NCBI GenBank assembly: GCA_965287045.1
Contig: OZ336885.1
Location: 66,030,001-66,094,000 of the forward strand
Direction of reading: 5' to 3'
Source of the DNA: Carcharhinus amblyrhynchos
Lineage: Eukaryota
DNA length: 64,000 nt
Shown here: piece after piece, positions 38,641 through 51,934 of the stretch
Numbering within the stretch: the first letter of the stretch is position 1
Layout of the letters: every line of letters begins with the position of its first letter
Notes under the pieces: model-generated
Databases searched by the model: none
Told to the model about the DNA's origin: nothing
What the model saw: only the letters and a program-made list of their open reading frames with translations
Position numbers and translations under genes: made by a program

Positions 38641-39339
38641 ATCTCAAATGTATTGCTATATAGTTAAAAATTTAGCTTTATGTGCCGTGTTTTTTTTACC
38701 CTCTCACCATCATCTGTCGCTCTTCTTGTTTCTTTGAAACAGCATTTACTATGTGAAAATCATTTCACGCCAGCGAAACGCATTTCACCAAATGGAAATA
38801 ATGTGCGCCACGCTTAGTACGTCCCCCACAGTAAATAAATCTGAACTCATTCATTATCTGATGTCTCCTGAGCTACATCCGGTCCTTCAAGTCCTCAACC
38901 GAAATTTACGCTACAGTCAATGTAAGTTTGTAAAATACCAGAGCATTTTTTTTGCCTGAATATCCGATATGAACGATTTCGTGGTGCACAAGACGTTGGG
39001 AACGCGGTTCGTAACGCATGTTTGGGAAGGGATGGGAGCGCGAGGGTGTGGGGGGTGGGGGAGGTGGATGTTGCGGGGGGGTGGAATTATGTATATATTC
39101 TGACGATTGTCTGCAATAACTTCAGATTTTAGCATTCATTGGCTACTGCTGTTCAATACGTTATGAGTCTTTTGGTATTCCCCGCACGTTGTCTTTCAAA
39201 TACTCTCAAAATGGCTAGAATTAACTCCCAGAATCTGTATCCCACTCTTTCCAAATGCCCGAGGATTGCATTTTAGCACCTAATTACCTTTCTTTTGGTG
39301 GGGGGGGGGAGGGGGGGAAGAAATAAAAGTTCCCATGTT

Positions 39340-39845
39340 AACCAGCGTGTCACCCTGACAATGAGGGACAATTGAATTCGGCCGAACCAACTAACCCGCA
39401 CATCTTTGGGCGCCTGTTATAATGCTTCAAATGCGAAATGTCCGAAAGTACTCTCCAACACGCCGTGCAGCCTCCCAACTAATGACTCTCTCGAAACTAC
39501 CTGCTGCCTAGGGAAAAAAAACCGCATAATCAAATACCAATCCCCCTCCTGACATACTCTATTCCACGTTATTCCGAAACAAAAGGAAACGTTTGAGAAG
39601 TTGGAACAAACAGCTGAAGAACATCGCTTGCCCGCTGTGATCAGGCTTTTGTATGGACTTTGCTGGTATTAAGTTGACATTTAACTACACCATAGCTCAG
39701 ACTACATTGCACTATAACATGCTTATTCTATTTCCTTCTCTATGTACGGCAAGCACTGCCTCTACACCCCTCACTGAAAAAAAAATGCATTTCCCTTCTT
39801 ACTTATATACGTGACCATAATAAAAATTGAAAATCAAAATCAGTT
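39340..39845 (+). repeat. Left arm of inverted duplication (SINE fragment fused to Rex1-like 3' end)
   Basis: Reverse complement of 40495-41010, including the junction ctttgg(g/a)cgcctgttataatgcttcaa. Confidence 0.75.
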
Positions 39846-40494
39846 TGATTCGAATTTAGTTACCTCTTAAAACAAAATCAAATTGAAATAAAGGTCATAA
39901 AGTAGTGTTTGAATTAAGGCTGGTAATGAAAAAAAAACTTTCAAGGTCATGTCTTTATTTATAAATATAATTCTAACTATTTAATTGGGCGAACTGTTGG
40001 ATGAAATGACAACCAGGTACCTATCTAATTGGCGCATGTATTGTTTTAATGCCAGATGTCTGCATGCTAATATCAATTGAAGGAATCATTTAATAGCACT
40101 CTTAGACTCACCTTCAAAACAAATATAGTTCGCCTTTGTGGAAACTGCTCAGCCGAAGCTCCTACTTACGCCCCAAAGGAAATGCCAAACAAGTGATGGC
40201 ACTGTTCATGTTGATGGCAGGTCAAAAGCCAAATCAAGTTGTGTCTAAGGCGTGCATTGTACTGAATCAAACGTTCGTTCACGTCATGGTAAGTGAAACC
40301 ACTTTAAAGAATCACCCATTGCAGCAGTACGCCGTTCATTTAAAATGCCAATAATATGCTTGCTAGTACCTGCAGACATTTCAAAGTTGAGAAGTGATCT
40401 GAAATATCAAGGCAAGTAAATTATATATTTGCACATTTTTGGAATGTAGTGTATTCACTTCCCTGGGTTTTTTCGGCAACATTCTAAAAGAAAT

Positions 40495-41100
40495 GATTTT
40501 GATTTTCAACTTTTGTTTATTATTGTCACATGTATAATTATGCAGCGATTTTTTTTTTCATCGCCTGGTAAACAGACAGAGTATGCCATACATAGAGAAG
40601 GAAAGAAGAATGCGCCGGATAAAGTGTAATGTAATCTTAGCTAGCTGTAGATAAATATCAACTTAATACGAGCAAGGTCCATTCAAATGTATGAGCGTAA
40701 TGGGGAAGAAGCTGTTCTTCAGTCGTTTGCTGCATGTGCTCAGACTTTTGCGTATTTTTTTCTGGAATAACGGGAGGATAGAACATGTCAGGAGAGGGTG
40801 ATGTCTTTGTTTATGCTGGTTGCTTTTCCGAGGCAGCGGGCAGTGTCGAGACAGTCATTGGGTGGTAGACTGTATTGCGTGGTGGAGAGTAATTTCGCAC
40901 ATTTCACAATTGAAGCATTATAACAGGCGTCCAAAGATGTGCGGGTTAGATGTGTCGGCCGTGTGAAATTGTCCTTCATTGTCAGGGGGACTAGCTAGGG
41001 TAAATACATGGAATTATGGGGATAGGGCTAGGGTGGGATTGGGATCTGTGCAGATACGATGGGCCGAACAATCTCCTTCTACATTGTAGGATTATGCGAT
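40495..41100 (-). repeat. Right arm of inverted duplication (Rex1-like 3' end + SINE 3' part)
   Basis: See the left arm. The SINE portion continues to a tail near 41100. Confidence 0.75.
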
Positions 41101-41749
41101 GCTATAACAAAAGCTGTGAAGTGGAACGATCGGGAGACATTGCTATGATTTTCCTAGGTTCAGAACACGGGAAGGAACTTTCGTGCCAATATATTCAGGA
41201 GTGACATCAGGAAGCTATGCATTGAAAACCGTGCAGTGCAGTTTTATAACTGCCTGTGCCAATAAGCAGAAAATGACAATATTCTAACACAGACTTGCCT
41301 TTTCCATGATAATAAAGTCCCAGAGAATATTGCAGCAACTTAATGCTAAAATACTGGTTCAGGATAATCAAGTTGACAAATTTATTTCAATGGGCTGTTC
41401 CATTTTCTTTAGTATCGTGTTTATTAACAGGGCAGCTGTTTGATTCTGTAGCATACATGTTCAAATAAAAGCTTTTTGATATGCCTGATTTTTTTTTTCT
41501 CAGTGTTAAGCATGAATGCAGAAGTGTTGTTGTTTTGGAAATAAGTGCACTTTACATTGGTAAAAGTAAATCGCCCCTGTTCGTCAGCTTGTTTTATCCT
41601 GATACTAATTATTATCTCAGATATGTAATGTCAGCGTTCATGCAATGGTGAATAAAACAGTGTGTTCGCCTCATGAGCTTTTACAAAATAATTTGCTAAT
41701 CACAAATTAATATTCCCTTTAGTTACGAATGATGTTTTGGGGAATGGAA

Positions 41750-43570
41750 GTTTCAAGGGGTGCATGGCATACGCAGTTACTGAATGCATTTCCGTGTATA
41801 GTGTCCATTAACTATATAATTCCTAATGTCGAGTGTATGCTTTGTCGATTCACAGACGCCCACAAAATTGGTGGTTTGGTTATTAAAAAAGAATGAAATA
41901 CTTAGGTTACAGGATAATAAAAAGGAATTGGTTAGTGGGCAGAATATTGACAAATGAACATTAGCATTGATAAGTGTGAGGCGAAGCATTCTGGGAAGAC
42001 TATCTGCGCATTGCAATGACCATAATGAACGGTCAAATGTCAGGAACTACAGGGAGAGGACGAGTATGACCTTGCAGAACAGGCGAAAGATCTCGGAAGG
42101 CAGCAGGGTACGTTCAAAACATGGTTACGATTACGTTTGGGACACTGGGATTTCTTCGCCGAATCATAGCATAGAAGAGCAGGGGAAATATGAAAGAGCA
42201 GTGTGAAGTGCTGAATTGACCACTACTAGAGAATTGTGTACAACCCTGGTCCCTACACTGTCGGGAGACTATGACTTCACATGAAGCTTTGCAGAGGAAG
42301 TTCCCCAGGACGTTGTCTGCGCTGAATGTTCCAACTGGGAAAAAATAGTTGGCCAAGATGGCGCTATTTTGTCTGCCTCACAGAGAGCAATATGAAAGCA
42401 GATCCACTGGAATTTCTCACAATCGTAAGGGACATTGGTATGTCAGGAGGGAAAATAAAACACCACTCACAAGCGACGTCAATCATCAAAGAGTGGGGCA
42501 CAAATTTAAGACAAATAGATCATTTAGGTTGGATTCCAGTATTTTTTTTTCAACCCGAGCACAGCATAATTCTGCAACACAGTGACTAAATGTCTCTTTG
42601 AGACCGGAAATCATATAACATTAAAAAAGCGTTTAGATGAGCACTTGATGTATGATCAACTTCAACGCAATCGATCAAGGGCTGCACAGTGTGGTTAGGA
42701 TCGCAATGTGTTTGATGGGCAGAAAAGATAGAATCCACTGAAGGGTCTGTTTCTGTGGCATAACATTGAATGTCTCACAAGCAGAATACTCTGTCAAGTT
42801 AAAGCACAAGGGGTTACAGATAATACATTGTGATGGAAAACAAACTGTTTAACAGATAGAAAACAAAGAGTTGGCATGAATTGGTCATTTTCTCATTGGC
42901 AGTCAGTGACTGGTGGGGATCTGCAAGGATTTGTGCCACATCCCAACTGCTCACATTTTATATTAATGTTATGGAAGAACGAATTGGATGTGCCATCTTC
43001 AAATTTGCAGATCATAAAATGTCGAGCAGGACGGTGAGCTGAAAGGAAGATACAGAGTTGCTAGAACACAGTTCGGATGATTTGACTGTGTGGACATCGG
43101 CATGGCAGTTGCAGCATAATGTGGCATAATTGTGAGATTATTCACGTCAGTAACATTGATATGAAAAGAGATCATTACTCGAATGTTTGTTAATCTGGAG
43201 AGGCGGATACTTGGCGAAGCACTGGAGTCCTCATTCATCAGTCACTGAAAGTAAGAGCTTTGATGAGACCACATTTGGAGCACAGTGTGCAGTTTTGCTG
43301 TTCTTATCTGAGGAAGGATGCCCCTGAATAAGGGATAAATCTTTTAGAGACATTTCTTCATCCAGAGAGTGCTGGATGTATGCAATTCACGACAACAGAA
43401 TGTAGTTGACGCCAGAGCGTTCTCTGAACTCAAGATATAAGTATTGGGGCTAAAAGGATCAAGGAATATGTGAGAATGAGGATGTTGAATTTGATGATTA
43501 GCCAAGATCAAAATCTATGACAAAACAGGCTTGAAAGTGTGAGTGTCCTAGTCCTGTTTCAACATCTTTT
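41750..43570 (+). mobile_element. Two decayed CR1-clade LINE remnants
   Basis: Weak colinear similarity to the CR1 RT and 3' region (gacgcccacaaaattggtgg, gaccacatttggagcacagtgtgcagttttg). Confidence 0.55.
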
Positions 43571-43901
43571 TGTCGTATCGAGTGGGAATCAGGAGGCCAT
43601 ATAAAATTTGCAGAGGCAGAATTTGGACCGTACTTGAAGTATTGTATTTAGATCAGCACATACTACTTCAGGTAGGGTGCAGGTACACCTGACGCAGCAC
43701 AGGGGCGATAAAGAGTAATGTGCCTAATGATAAAAAAGCTGGTGTTGGGATGGTAGTTGGAGAGATAGGATATTTTGTACGTGACTGAATAAAAATGCTT
43801 GGGGGGTCAAGATCCGGCGAAGTATATGGAGATAAATGTTGAGAAGCCATTACAATTAACCGGACAATCAAGAACTAGGTGGTAGTGCTACAAATAAAGT
43901 A

Positions 43902-44664
43902 ATAAGAACATAAGAAATAGGAGCAGGAGTAGGCCATCCAGCCCTTCGAGCCTGCCCCGCCATTCAATAAGATCATGGCTGATCTGTCGCTGCTCAGTTC
44001 CACTTTCCCGCCCTCTCCCCATAACCCTTAATCCCCTCTCCTATCAAAAACCCATCAACCCGCGTCTTAAAAATATTTAGCGAGGCAGCCTCCACCACTT
44101 CAACGGGCAGAGAATTCCAGAGATTCACCACCCTTTGAGTGAAGAAGTTCCTCCTCAACTCCGTTCTAAACCGCCCCACTTTTATCTTGAGGCTGTGCCC
44201 CCTAGTCCTACTATCCTTTCTGAGCGGGAAGAGTCATTCCACCTCTATCCTATCCATCCCATACATCATCTTATACGTCTCAATGAGATCTCCTCTCATT
44301 CTTCTAAACTCTAACGAGTACAAGCCCAGTTTATTCAGCCTCTCCTCATAGCTCAACCCCCTCAACTCCGGTATCAGCCTAGTAAACCTCCTCTGCACTC
44401 CCTCCAAGGCCAAAATATCTTTGCGCAGGTGCGGCGCCCAAAAATGCACACAGTACTCCAGTTGCGGCCTCACCAATGCCCTATACAGCTGCAGCAAGAC
44501 CTCCCTACTTTTATATTCAATCCCCCTCGCTATGAAGGCCAGCATCCCATTCGCCTTCCTGACCACCTGCTGCACCTGCAAGCTGGGTTTTTGCGACTCA
44601 TGCACAAGGACCCCGAGGTCCCTCTGCACCGTCGCCTGCTGCAGTTTTTCGCCTCGTAAGTAAT
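43902..44664 (-). mobile_element. Young 5'-truncated CR1-clade LINE copy
   Basis: Near-identical reverse complement of 47475-48237, with ORF QRDLGVLVHES...LEYCVHFWAPHLRKD and an (ataagaac) tail. A possible 7-bp aagtaat TSD or microhomology lies at 43897 and 44658. Confidence 0.95.
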
Positions 44665-45039
44665 CAAAAAGTGGAACTACTTTGAGGACGTTATTTCCGA
44701 TCTTCCAAATAATGGTGTGTGCCAGGCGCTAACCTCCTCAATTGGTATTTAGCTACATTCGACTAAAGTATTCATCATGATTCGGAATTCTCCTTGAGAA
44801 TAGTCGATATACAATGAGGTGACACAATAGGAAAAAAGTTCTTTCAGGTAGCGGCTGCAGTCCAGATAGACTACATTGCCATCTTAAGCACCTTTAAAAT
44901 CCTCTGATTCCTTTGATATGTGATTCTCTCATTTTGCCACTATTTACCTGAAGAGCTCTATCTCACTTCACTATTTGCTGATCGGTGTTCAGGAAGGCTA
45001 CTTTTTGTTTTGTCCCTCTATTTGTTTCGTTCATTTAAA

Positions 45040-45720
45040 GTATTACTCAATGATTGCTCATCGCCAGCCCCATTGAAAAGATGGAGCTGAATTTAATTAT
45101 CCATCCACTACGGCTCACCTCTTGTAAATGCACCCACATTGTTTGTCAGAGGGGGAATTTCACGATTGTCGCATAACGAATGCAAAGAACAGCATTGCGT
45201 TCCCCGATGAAAATGGCGAGTGGAGACCATTTCGATGACCAGCAGAACGATCGTGCCCAGCTTTGCAAAACGCATTTCCGTTGCCCTCTAGATGGCAGTA
45301 AACGTGCTGTTGGAAGATGCTGACGAAGGAGGCATGTTGATTTCCGGGGGAACGTCCATTGGTCAGAAACAATTTTACAATTGTTTGTCGCGGGGAGCAT
45401 GGATAAAATACTTGTGAAAGAGGGACAAAAGAAGTGGGCTTCTTGGTCCATGATGTTTCCGAGCTTCGTCGGTCTCCTTGAAGATTCAATCATCCAGACA
45501 GCTGGGTAGAATACTATCACACTCCTGACATGTGCTTCGTAAATGTTGGACCGGATGACGGAGTCAAAAGCTGAGGAACCCCCGCAGTGTTCCTATCCTC
45601 TTGCTAATTTCACCACAATGTCTAGAAGGTGAACCCAGTTTAGTTACATATCAAAGGACACCCCCGAGCAGTTGTTGTTGCGGGATTCAACAATAGTAAC
45701 CAAATGAATTCCAAAGGAGC
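45040..45720 (-). mobile_element. Decayed LINE (family of 34220-35620), host of the young CR1
   Basis: gattgctcatcgccagccccattg ... gtgaacccagtttagttac is similar to 34260-34920. A probable continuation lies at 48250-49800. Confidence 0.45.
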
Positions 45721-45857
45721 GAATTTCGGATTTACTTCCGACGAGGTTTTCGTTAATTATGCTTTTATATTCGGGGAATGTATGTAAAAAAAAATGCATG
45801 GAGATATCGTTATGCAGTAATTAGTGAGCCTGGGAGAGATGACCTGCAGGATGACCT

Positions 45858-48237
45858 GCCGACGAGGGAGCGAGCTATCTTGGATCTGGTGCTATGTAAT
45901 GAGGCAGGTAGAATTCGGGACCTTGCGGTGAAGGATCCTCTTGGGGAGAGTGATCATTGTATGGTGGAGTTTCTGGTGCAGATGGAGGAGGAGAGAGTGG
46001 GTTCCCGGACACGCGTACTTTGTTTGAATAGAGGGGAGTGCGGTAAGATGAGAGAAGAATTGGCGAATGTGGACTGGGGGAGCGCGTTGGAGGGAGGGTC
46101 TGCTGAGGAGCAGTGGAGGATCTTTAAGGAGATCTTTCTTGGTGCTCAGCGGAAATTTATTCCGATGGTCAGAAAAGACCGTAGGAGGAGAGGTAATAAG
46201 CCGTGGATAACGAAGGAGGTGAAGGAAAGTGTTAAATTAAAAGCGGAGGAACTTAGAGTAGCTAAGAGTAGTGGGCGAGAAGAGGATTGGGAGAGGTTTA
46301 AATGTCAACAAAGACTGACAAAGAAGTTGATAAAGAAGAGTAGGAGAAACTATGAAGCTGGGCTAGCGCTTAATATAAAAAAAGGATAGCAAGAGTTTTT
46401 ATAAATATATAAAATGGAAGAGGCTGGCTAGGGTGAACGTTGGTCCTTTAGAGGATGAGAAAGGGGACCCAGTGGTAGGGGATGGGGATATGGCTAAGGT
46501 ATTGAATAAGTTTTTTGTTTCTGTCTTCACGGAGGAGGACGTGAATAATTTGCCGGGTGCTAGCGATGGAAAGGTGGTAGGACTGAAGGGTCTTAATGAC
46601 ATTACTGTTACTAGAGAGGCGGTGCTCGACAGACTGGAGGGGCTGATTGTGGACAAGTCCCCAGGACCGGATGGAATGCATCCGAGGGTTCTGAAAGAAA
46701 TGGCGGAGGTGATAGTGGATGCCTTGGTGGTTATTTTCCAGACGTCGCTGGATTCCGGGGAAGTGCCGGAAGATTGGAAAACGGCGAATGTTACGCTGTT
46801 GTTTAAGAAGGGTGCCAGGCAAAAGGCGGGGAATTATAGGCCGGTTAGTTTAACGTCTGTGGTAGGTAAAATGTTAGAATCCGTCATTAAGGAGGAAATT
46901 GCGAGGCATCTTGAAGGGAATTGCTTGATAGAGCAGAGGCAGCACGGTTTCATTAAAGGGAAGTCGTGTCTGACAAATTTACTGGAGTTCTATGAGGATG
47001 TGTCCAGGGCAGTGGATAGAGGAGAGCCGGTGGATGTGGTCTTTCTTGATTTTCAGAAGGCGTTTGACAAAGTACCTCACAAGAGGTTATTGCAGAAGGT
47101 GGATGCACATGGAGTTGGGGGTAGGGTGTTAGCGTGGATAGAGGACTGGTTGTCAAATAGGAGGCAGAGAGTGGGGGTCAACGGGTGCTATTCGGATTGG
47201 CGGATGGTGACTAGTGGAGTGCCCCCGGGGTCGGTGCTGGGGCCTCAGCTTTTTACCATTTATATAGATGATCTGGAGGAGGGAACCGAGTGTAGGGTGT
47301 CGAAATTTGCTGATGACACCAATATTGGTGGAACGGCAAATTGTGCGGAGGGTGTGGAGAGTCTGCAGAAGGATCTAGATAGGCTGGGCGAATGGGCCAG
47401 GAAATGGCAAATGGAATTTAATGTTGGCAAGTGTGAGGTGGTCCACTTTGGTAGGAATAATGGTAGGAAGGACTATTACTTACGTGGCGAAAAACTGCAG
47501 CAGGCGACGGTGCAGAGGGACCTCGGGGTCCTTGTGCATGAGTCGCAAAAACCCAGCCTGCAGGTGCAGCAGGTGGTCAGGAAGGCGAATGGGATGCTGG
47601 CCTTCATAGCGAGGGGGATTGAATATAAAAGTAGGGAGGTCTTGCTGCAGCTGTATAGGGCATTGGTGAGGCCGCAGCTGGAGTACTGTGTGCAGTTTTG
47701 GGCGCCGCACCTGCGCAAAGATATTTTGGCCTTGGAGGGAGTGCAGAGGAGGTTTACTAGGCTGATACCGGAGTTGAGGGGGTTGAGCTATGAGGAGAGG
47801 CTGAATAAATTAGGCTTGTACTCGTTAGAGTTTAGAAGAATGAGGGGAGATCTCATTGAGACGTATAAGATGATGAATGGGATGGATAGGATAGAGGTGG
47901 AGAGACTCTTCCCGCTCAGAAAGGATAGTAGGACTAGGGGGCACAGCCTCAAGATAAAGGGGGGCGGTTTAGAACGGAGTTGAGGAGGAACTTCTTCACT
48001 CAAAGGGTGGTGAATCTCTGGAATTCTCTGCCCGTTGAAGTGGTGGAGGCTGCCTCGCTAAATATTTTTAAGACGCGGGTTGATGGGTTTTTGATAAGAG
48101 AGGGGTTTAAGGGTTATGCGGAGAGGGCGGGAAAGTGGAACTGAGCCACGACAGATCAGCCATGATCTTATTGAATGGCGGGGCAGGCTCGAAGGGCTAG
48201 ATGGCCTGCTCCTGCTCCTATTTCTTATGTTCTTATG
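45858..48237 (+). mobile_element. Young 5'-truncated CR1-clade (HER1-like) LINE: endonuclease C-terminus + reverse transcriptase ORF2 with two frameshifts
   Basis: PTRERAILDLVL...SDH (APE end), KSPGPDGMHPRVLKE, NYRPVSLTSVVGK, QHGFIKGKSCLTNL, LDFQKAFDKV, GVPPGSVLGP and FADD. Has a (ttcttatg)n tail, higher GC and retained CpGs. Confidence 0.97.
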
Positions 48238-50068
48238 ATTCAAGATGCATAATTGAAAGCTCGAATGGCTCCCTCATGTACTGTAGGAACTATTTGATTG
48301 CATGATTGTGTAGCTGAACCACACTTTGCACGCTTCCCTCAGACCAACATAATCACCGGCTATTGCAGAATTGGAACATTGGCTGCTGCAACAACTGATG
48401 AGTCGTGAACCTTGCTTAACATAAACAAGTCATCGCCATCTGGCCTCAATATAAGTGGAAATCCATTGATTATGCAGCTGAAGGTGGCTGGCCTATTGCA
48501 CTTCTCTTCTTAATCATTTTCCAACGTTCAGAAACTGACACAATTCACCTCTCATCAAAACAATAATTAACATTTCTGCCAGGGAGATCTTAATTCAGAT
48601 GTGCTTCATGATTCCCATTGACGAAAGCTGAGCTAGGGCTCGAAGTTGCCATGTCGTTCAAACCTTCGCTTATGATCAAGTGTAATTATTCTCACCTCAT
48701 CTCTGGATTTTTTTTTAACCTTCAATCTATTGTTTTCCTGAGCCCGGAGCAGTGTTTCACTTGTGGGCCCCAAAAATAATGTCACTGAACATCATGGCTA
48801 AGCAAGCGGCGCTGGATGGTCTTTCTGATGCCTCCCATCACTTCGCCGCTGATGCAAATTAAACTGAAAGGACAGTATTTGTTTCGATTCTCGAATTCGA
48901 GTTTCTTGAGTGCAGCACATAACTGTAGAACGTTCATTTGACGGCTAGATGTCAGCCTTTTTTTGCTATATTGGAACAGCATAACTAAGGAGTCGGGTAA
49001 TTTGTGAGCACATGCCCTCTGTCCTGTTTTAGGTATATTGTCAGAACACACAGTCATTAATCATTTAGACGTGTACTGATATCATGTGCAGTGAATCAAA
49101 TTACTGGTCGATTAAAAATCGTGGCGCTCCAGAAAAGGCATAGTTTCATAATCCACACATCACCTTTGCCGTCTGCACGCTTCACTGAATCAATCTTGAC
49201 ACTTTGGATTGATGCTAACAACAACGTTGTCATTGCATTCGGCAAGAGGTTACCGATTTCAGTTGAATACCATTCTGCTGCACAACAAAATCGACAAAAC
49301 TTCCTGAGTACCCGGTCTTCAGTTGCTAGACCTTTTTTGTACTGGATCCATGTTATCGTAGTGTCAGTGCTACATAACAGAATAAATGGTTCGCACAATG
49401 TGAAGATTGGCCTCCTCAAGAAAACTGTGCACTCATCACTCCTGCCAATACTGTAACGACAGATTTATCTGTGACAGGCAGGTTATTGAAGAGTATGTAA
49501 CTCAATAATATTCTTACCCTCATCACCTGCTGCAGACACTATCTATTAATTATGTTATTTGGAACACGTCCCACCACGTCTGTTCAGGAATTGCTATGCA
49601 ACACTTGGTGTTGGTCAATGGATACTCAATTTTGAGTAATTGCGTCTTCACTCGCCTCCACGAAGTAGTAATCAGCATGGATTATTGCAGATTCATCACC
49701 TGAGAGCACATGCTACTCAGCAGAAAGTTGCCTTGCCTAAAAGTGATCTGCTCTTGTCAGTTTTGACAAGGTTCAGAGTTCACATTGATGACGATAAAGG
49801 CAGCACCCAAACGGCTGCATAAAATACTTCTTGGCCTGCAGTGAAATGCAGGTCACAAGAGGTGAGAAGGGAAATTTTCCTTTCCTGAAAGTAATTACAG
49901 ATGCAAAAACGGATAGAAACAGCTATGGGATTATTTGACAATAAGCAACTGTCAATCATACCCTAGCTTATTTAGGGTCAAGAAGCAGTCGTCGTCGCTT
50001 TGTGTTAACTCTGGTTGTATTCAGTATCTGATGCAATTCCTTATGTGGTACTGAAATGTTTGCAGATT

Positions 50069-50158
50069 ATGATCTTATTGAATGGCGGGGCAGGCTCGAA
50101 GGGCTGGATGGCCTACTCCTGCTCCTATTTCTTATGTTCTTGTTTCTTATGTTCTTAT
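50069..50158 (+). mobile_element. Extreme 3' fragment of the young CR1 family
   Basis: atgatcttattgaatggcggggcaggctcgaagggctggatggcctactcc plus a (ttcttatg) tail, matching 48162-48237. Confidence 0.92.
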
Positions 50159-51639
50159 TGCGGTATCTGGCCTTCATCAGTCGCGGAGTTGTTGTCATGA
50201 ACTCCACAATAATCTGAATTGTCTTTCGTACCAAATCGTTCACATCCACAAATGTGCTTTCAGAGGGACGTGAAAACTGAGAATGCCCTACAATGCCGCG
50301 AGTTCTGAAACGCCCGAAGTGGACTAATTCAAGAATACCACATTGCATACTGATGTCGCTGACGAATTCATACTGTTCGCCGGGAGCTATCTACATAATA
50401 ACAAAAAAAGAATAATGTGAATGTCATGGGAGGAATCTGCCAGTACCTGTTATTTCTAATTGGCACTTCAGTCAGCCGCTTCCCATGTGCTTCTTTCAAG
50501 TTCTGAATCGCTGTTAAAAACAGTAACTTCAAGCACTTTATTTTCAATCATTTCATTACAAAAGATATATTAATTGAATGTTAAAAAAGATCTTCATGTA
50601 ACAGCTCATGTTAATTTGTTTAAATATAAAAGTTATTCTTAAATAACAAATTGAAGAATGAATAAAATACAATTGCAACTGACCATATTGGTCTGAGTGT
50701 CTATGGCAGTGTAATATTCCAGGCCTCCTAATGAAAACAACATTCTTGCTCGTCTACTGCGATACGTATTAATATTGTAAGCTAAATCAATTATTGTTGC
50801 CTGCGTAACTTATCCTTCGAATCTGACTCATAGTTTGTGTGCATTTATTTTCAATAGTCAACAGTCCGTTCGAGCATTTTTGTTTGTTTTTGCTCAACGA
50901 TTAAATTTATGATGTTGTCGCCGTGTTTCGAAATTTCCTCCCCAAGTGCAATCGAATATTGCGCGTGAAATCCTCAATAATGGCAATCAAACACCTGCAT
51001 CTTACCTGTAACACCAGTCTTTTTTTTAGAACCAAGTCATGCAGAGAGCCACGTTTTCCAAATGTGTTTTATGTGCCTGTTCTTCTGGTGCCGAAGATCT
51101 GTCTGAATTTTTATTGTCTAAGATGTCGTGCAGTATAACATTTATTTGGTTTGCTGTGTACTCGTACAATCAGCAACGCTTATTTGCAGTGTTCTGTTTT
51201 TTTTTCTGAGGAGCTCAATATAGTTCATCTTCAAGGGATCACAATCAATTCGCAAAGTATTCCAGGTTTTACCTGGAGTGAATACATATTTTGTTCATAA
51301 TACTGAACTGATGGCCTCACATCACGCGGTTGATGCAATGTTAACTAATATTGCAACTACTCTTGCCAACAATGTAGCACATCTGCCACTGAGTGTGGTG
51401 AACAGTAGATCGGGTCTCATTGGCTTTAAAAAGTGAGAGGAAAAACGTGTATACTTTTTTTTTAATTTTCAGAAACTCATAATTTGAAAGATTGCCTAGT
51501 TGATAAAACTAATGACAATCACAAGGCGGATTGTTTTTCTTGTTATGTATACAATTTGTCTTAATGCAAGTGCACATGCATCAATCACATACATTTACTT
51601 TAAACGGAGTTACATGGTTTATCAGGCGATTGTTTGGTT

Positions 51640-51934
51640 AATATATTGGTGCCACAAGTAGGCTTATATAAATATTGCAATAAAGGTATTGTGGAAATCC
51701 CCAAGTCGCCACATTTTTTCTGCCTGTTCGAGTACACTGAGCGAGAATTTTGTATAGCCAATGCACCGAAGTTGCACATCTTTTGGAATTTGGGAGGAAA
51801 CCGGAAAACTTGAAGCAAAGCAACGTCGACATGCGGAGAAATCCAGACTCTGCACAGACAGTGGCCGAAAACAGAACCAAACCGTTGTCCCTAGCACTGT
51901 GTAACATCAATCCTAACCACACTGCCACGGTGCC
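51640..51934 (-). mobile_element. Diverged HE1-like SINE
   Basis: gcacatcttttggaatttgggaggaaaccgga...ctctgcacagacagtggcc...ctaaccacactgccacggtgcc. Confidence 0.7.

Noticed and set aside
45858-48237. Autonomous active LINE or domesticated RT gene
   Set aside because: It is 5'-truncated within the endonuclease, has no ORF1 or promoter, and carries two frameshifts. No clear TSD was found.
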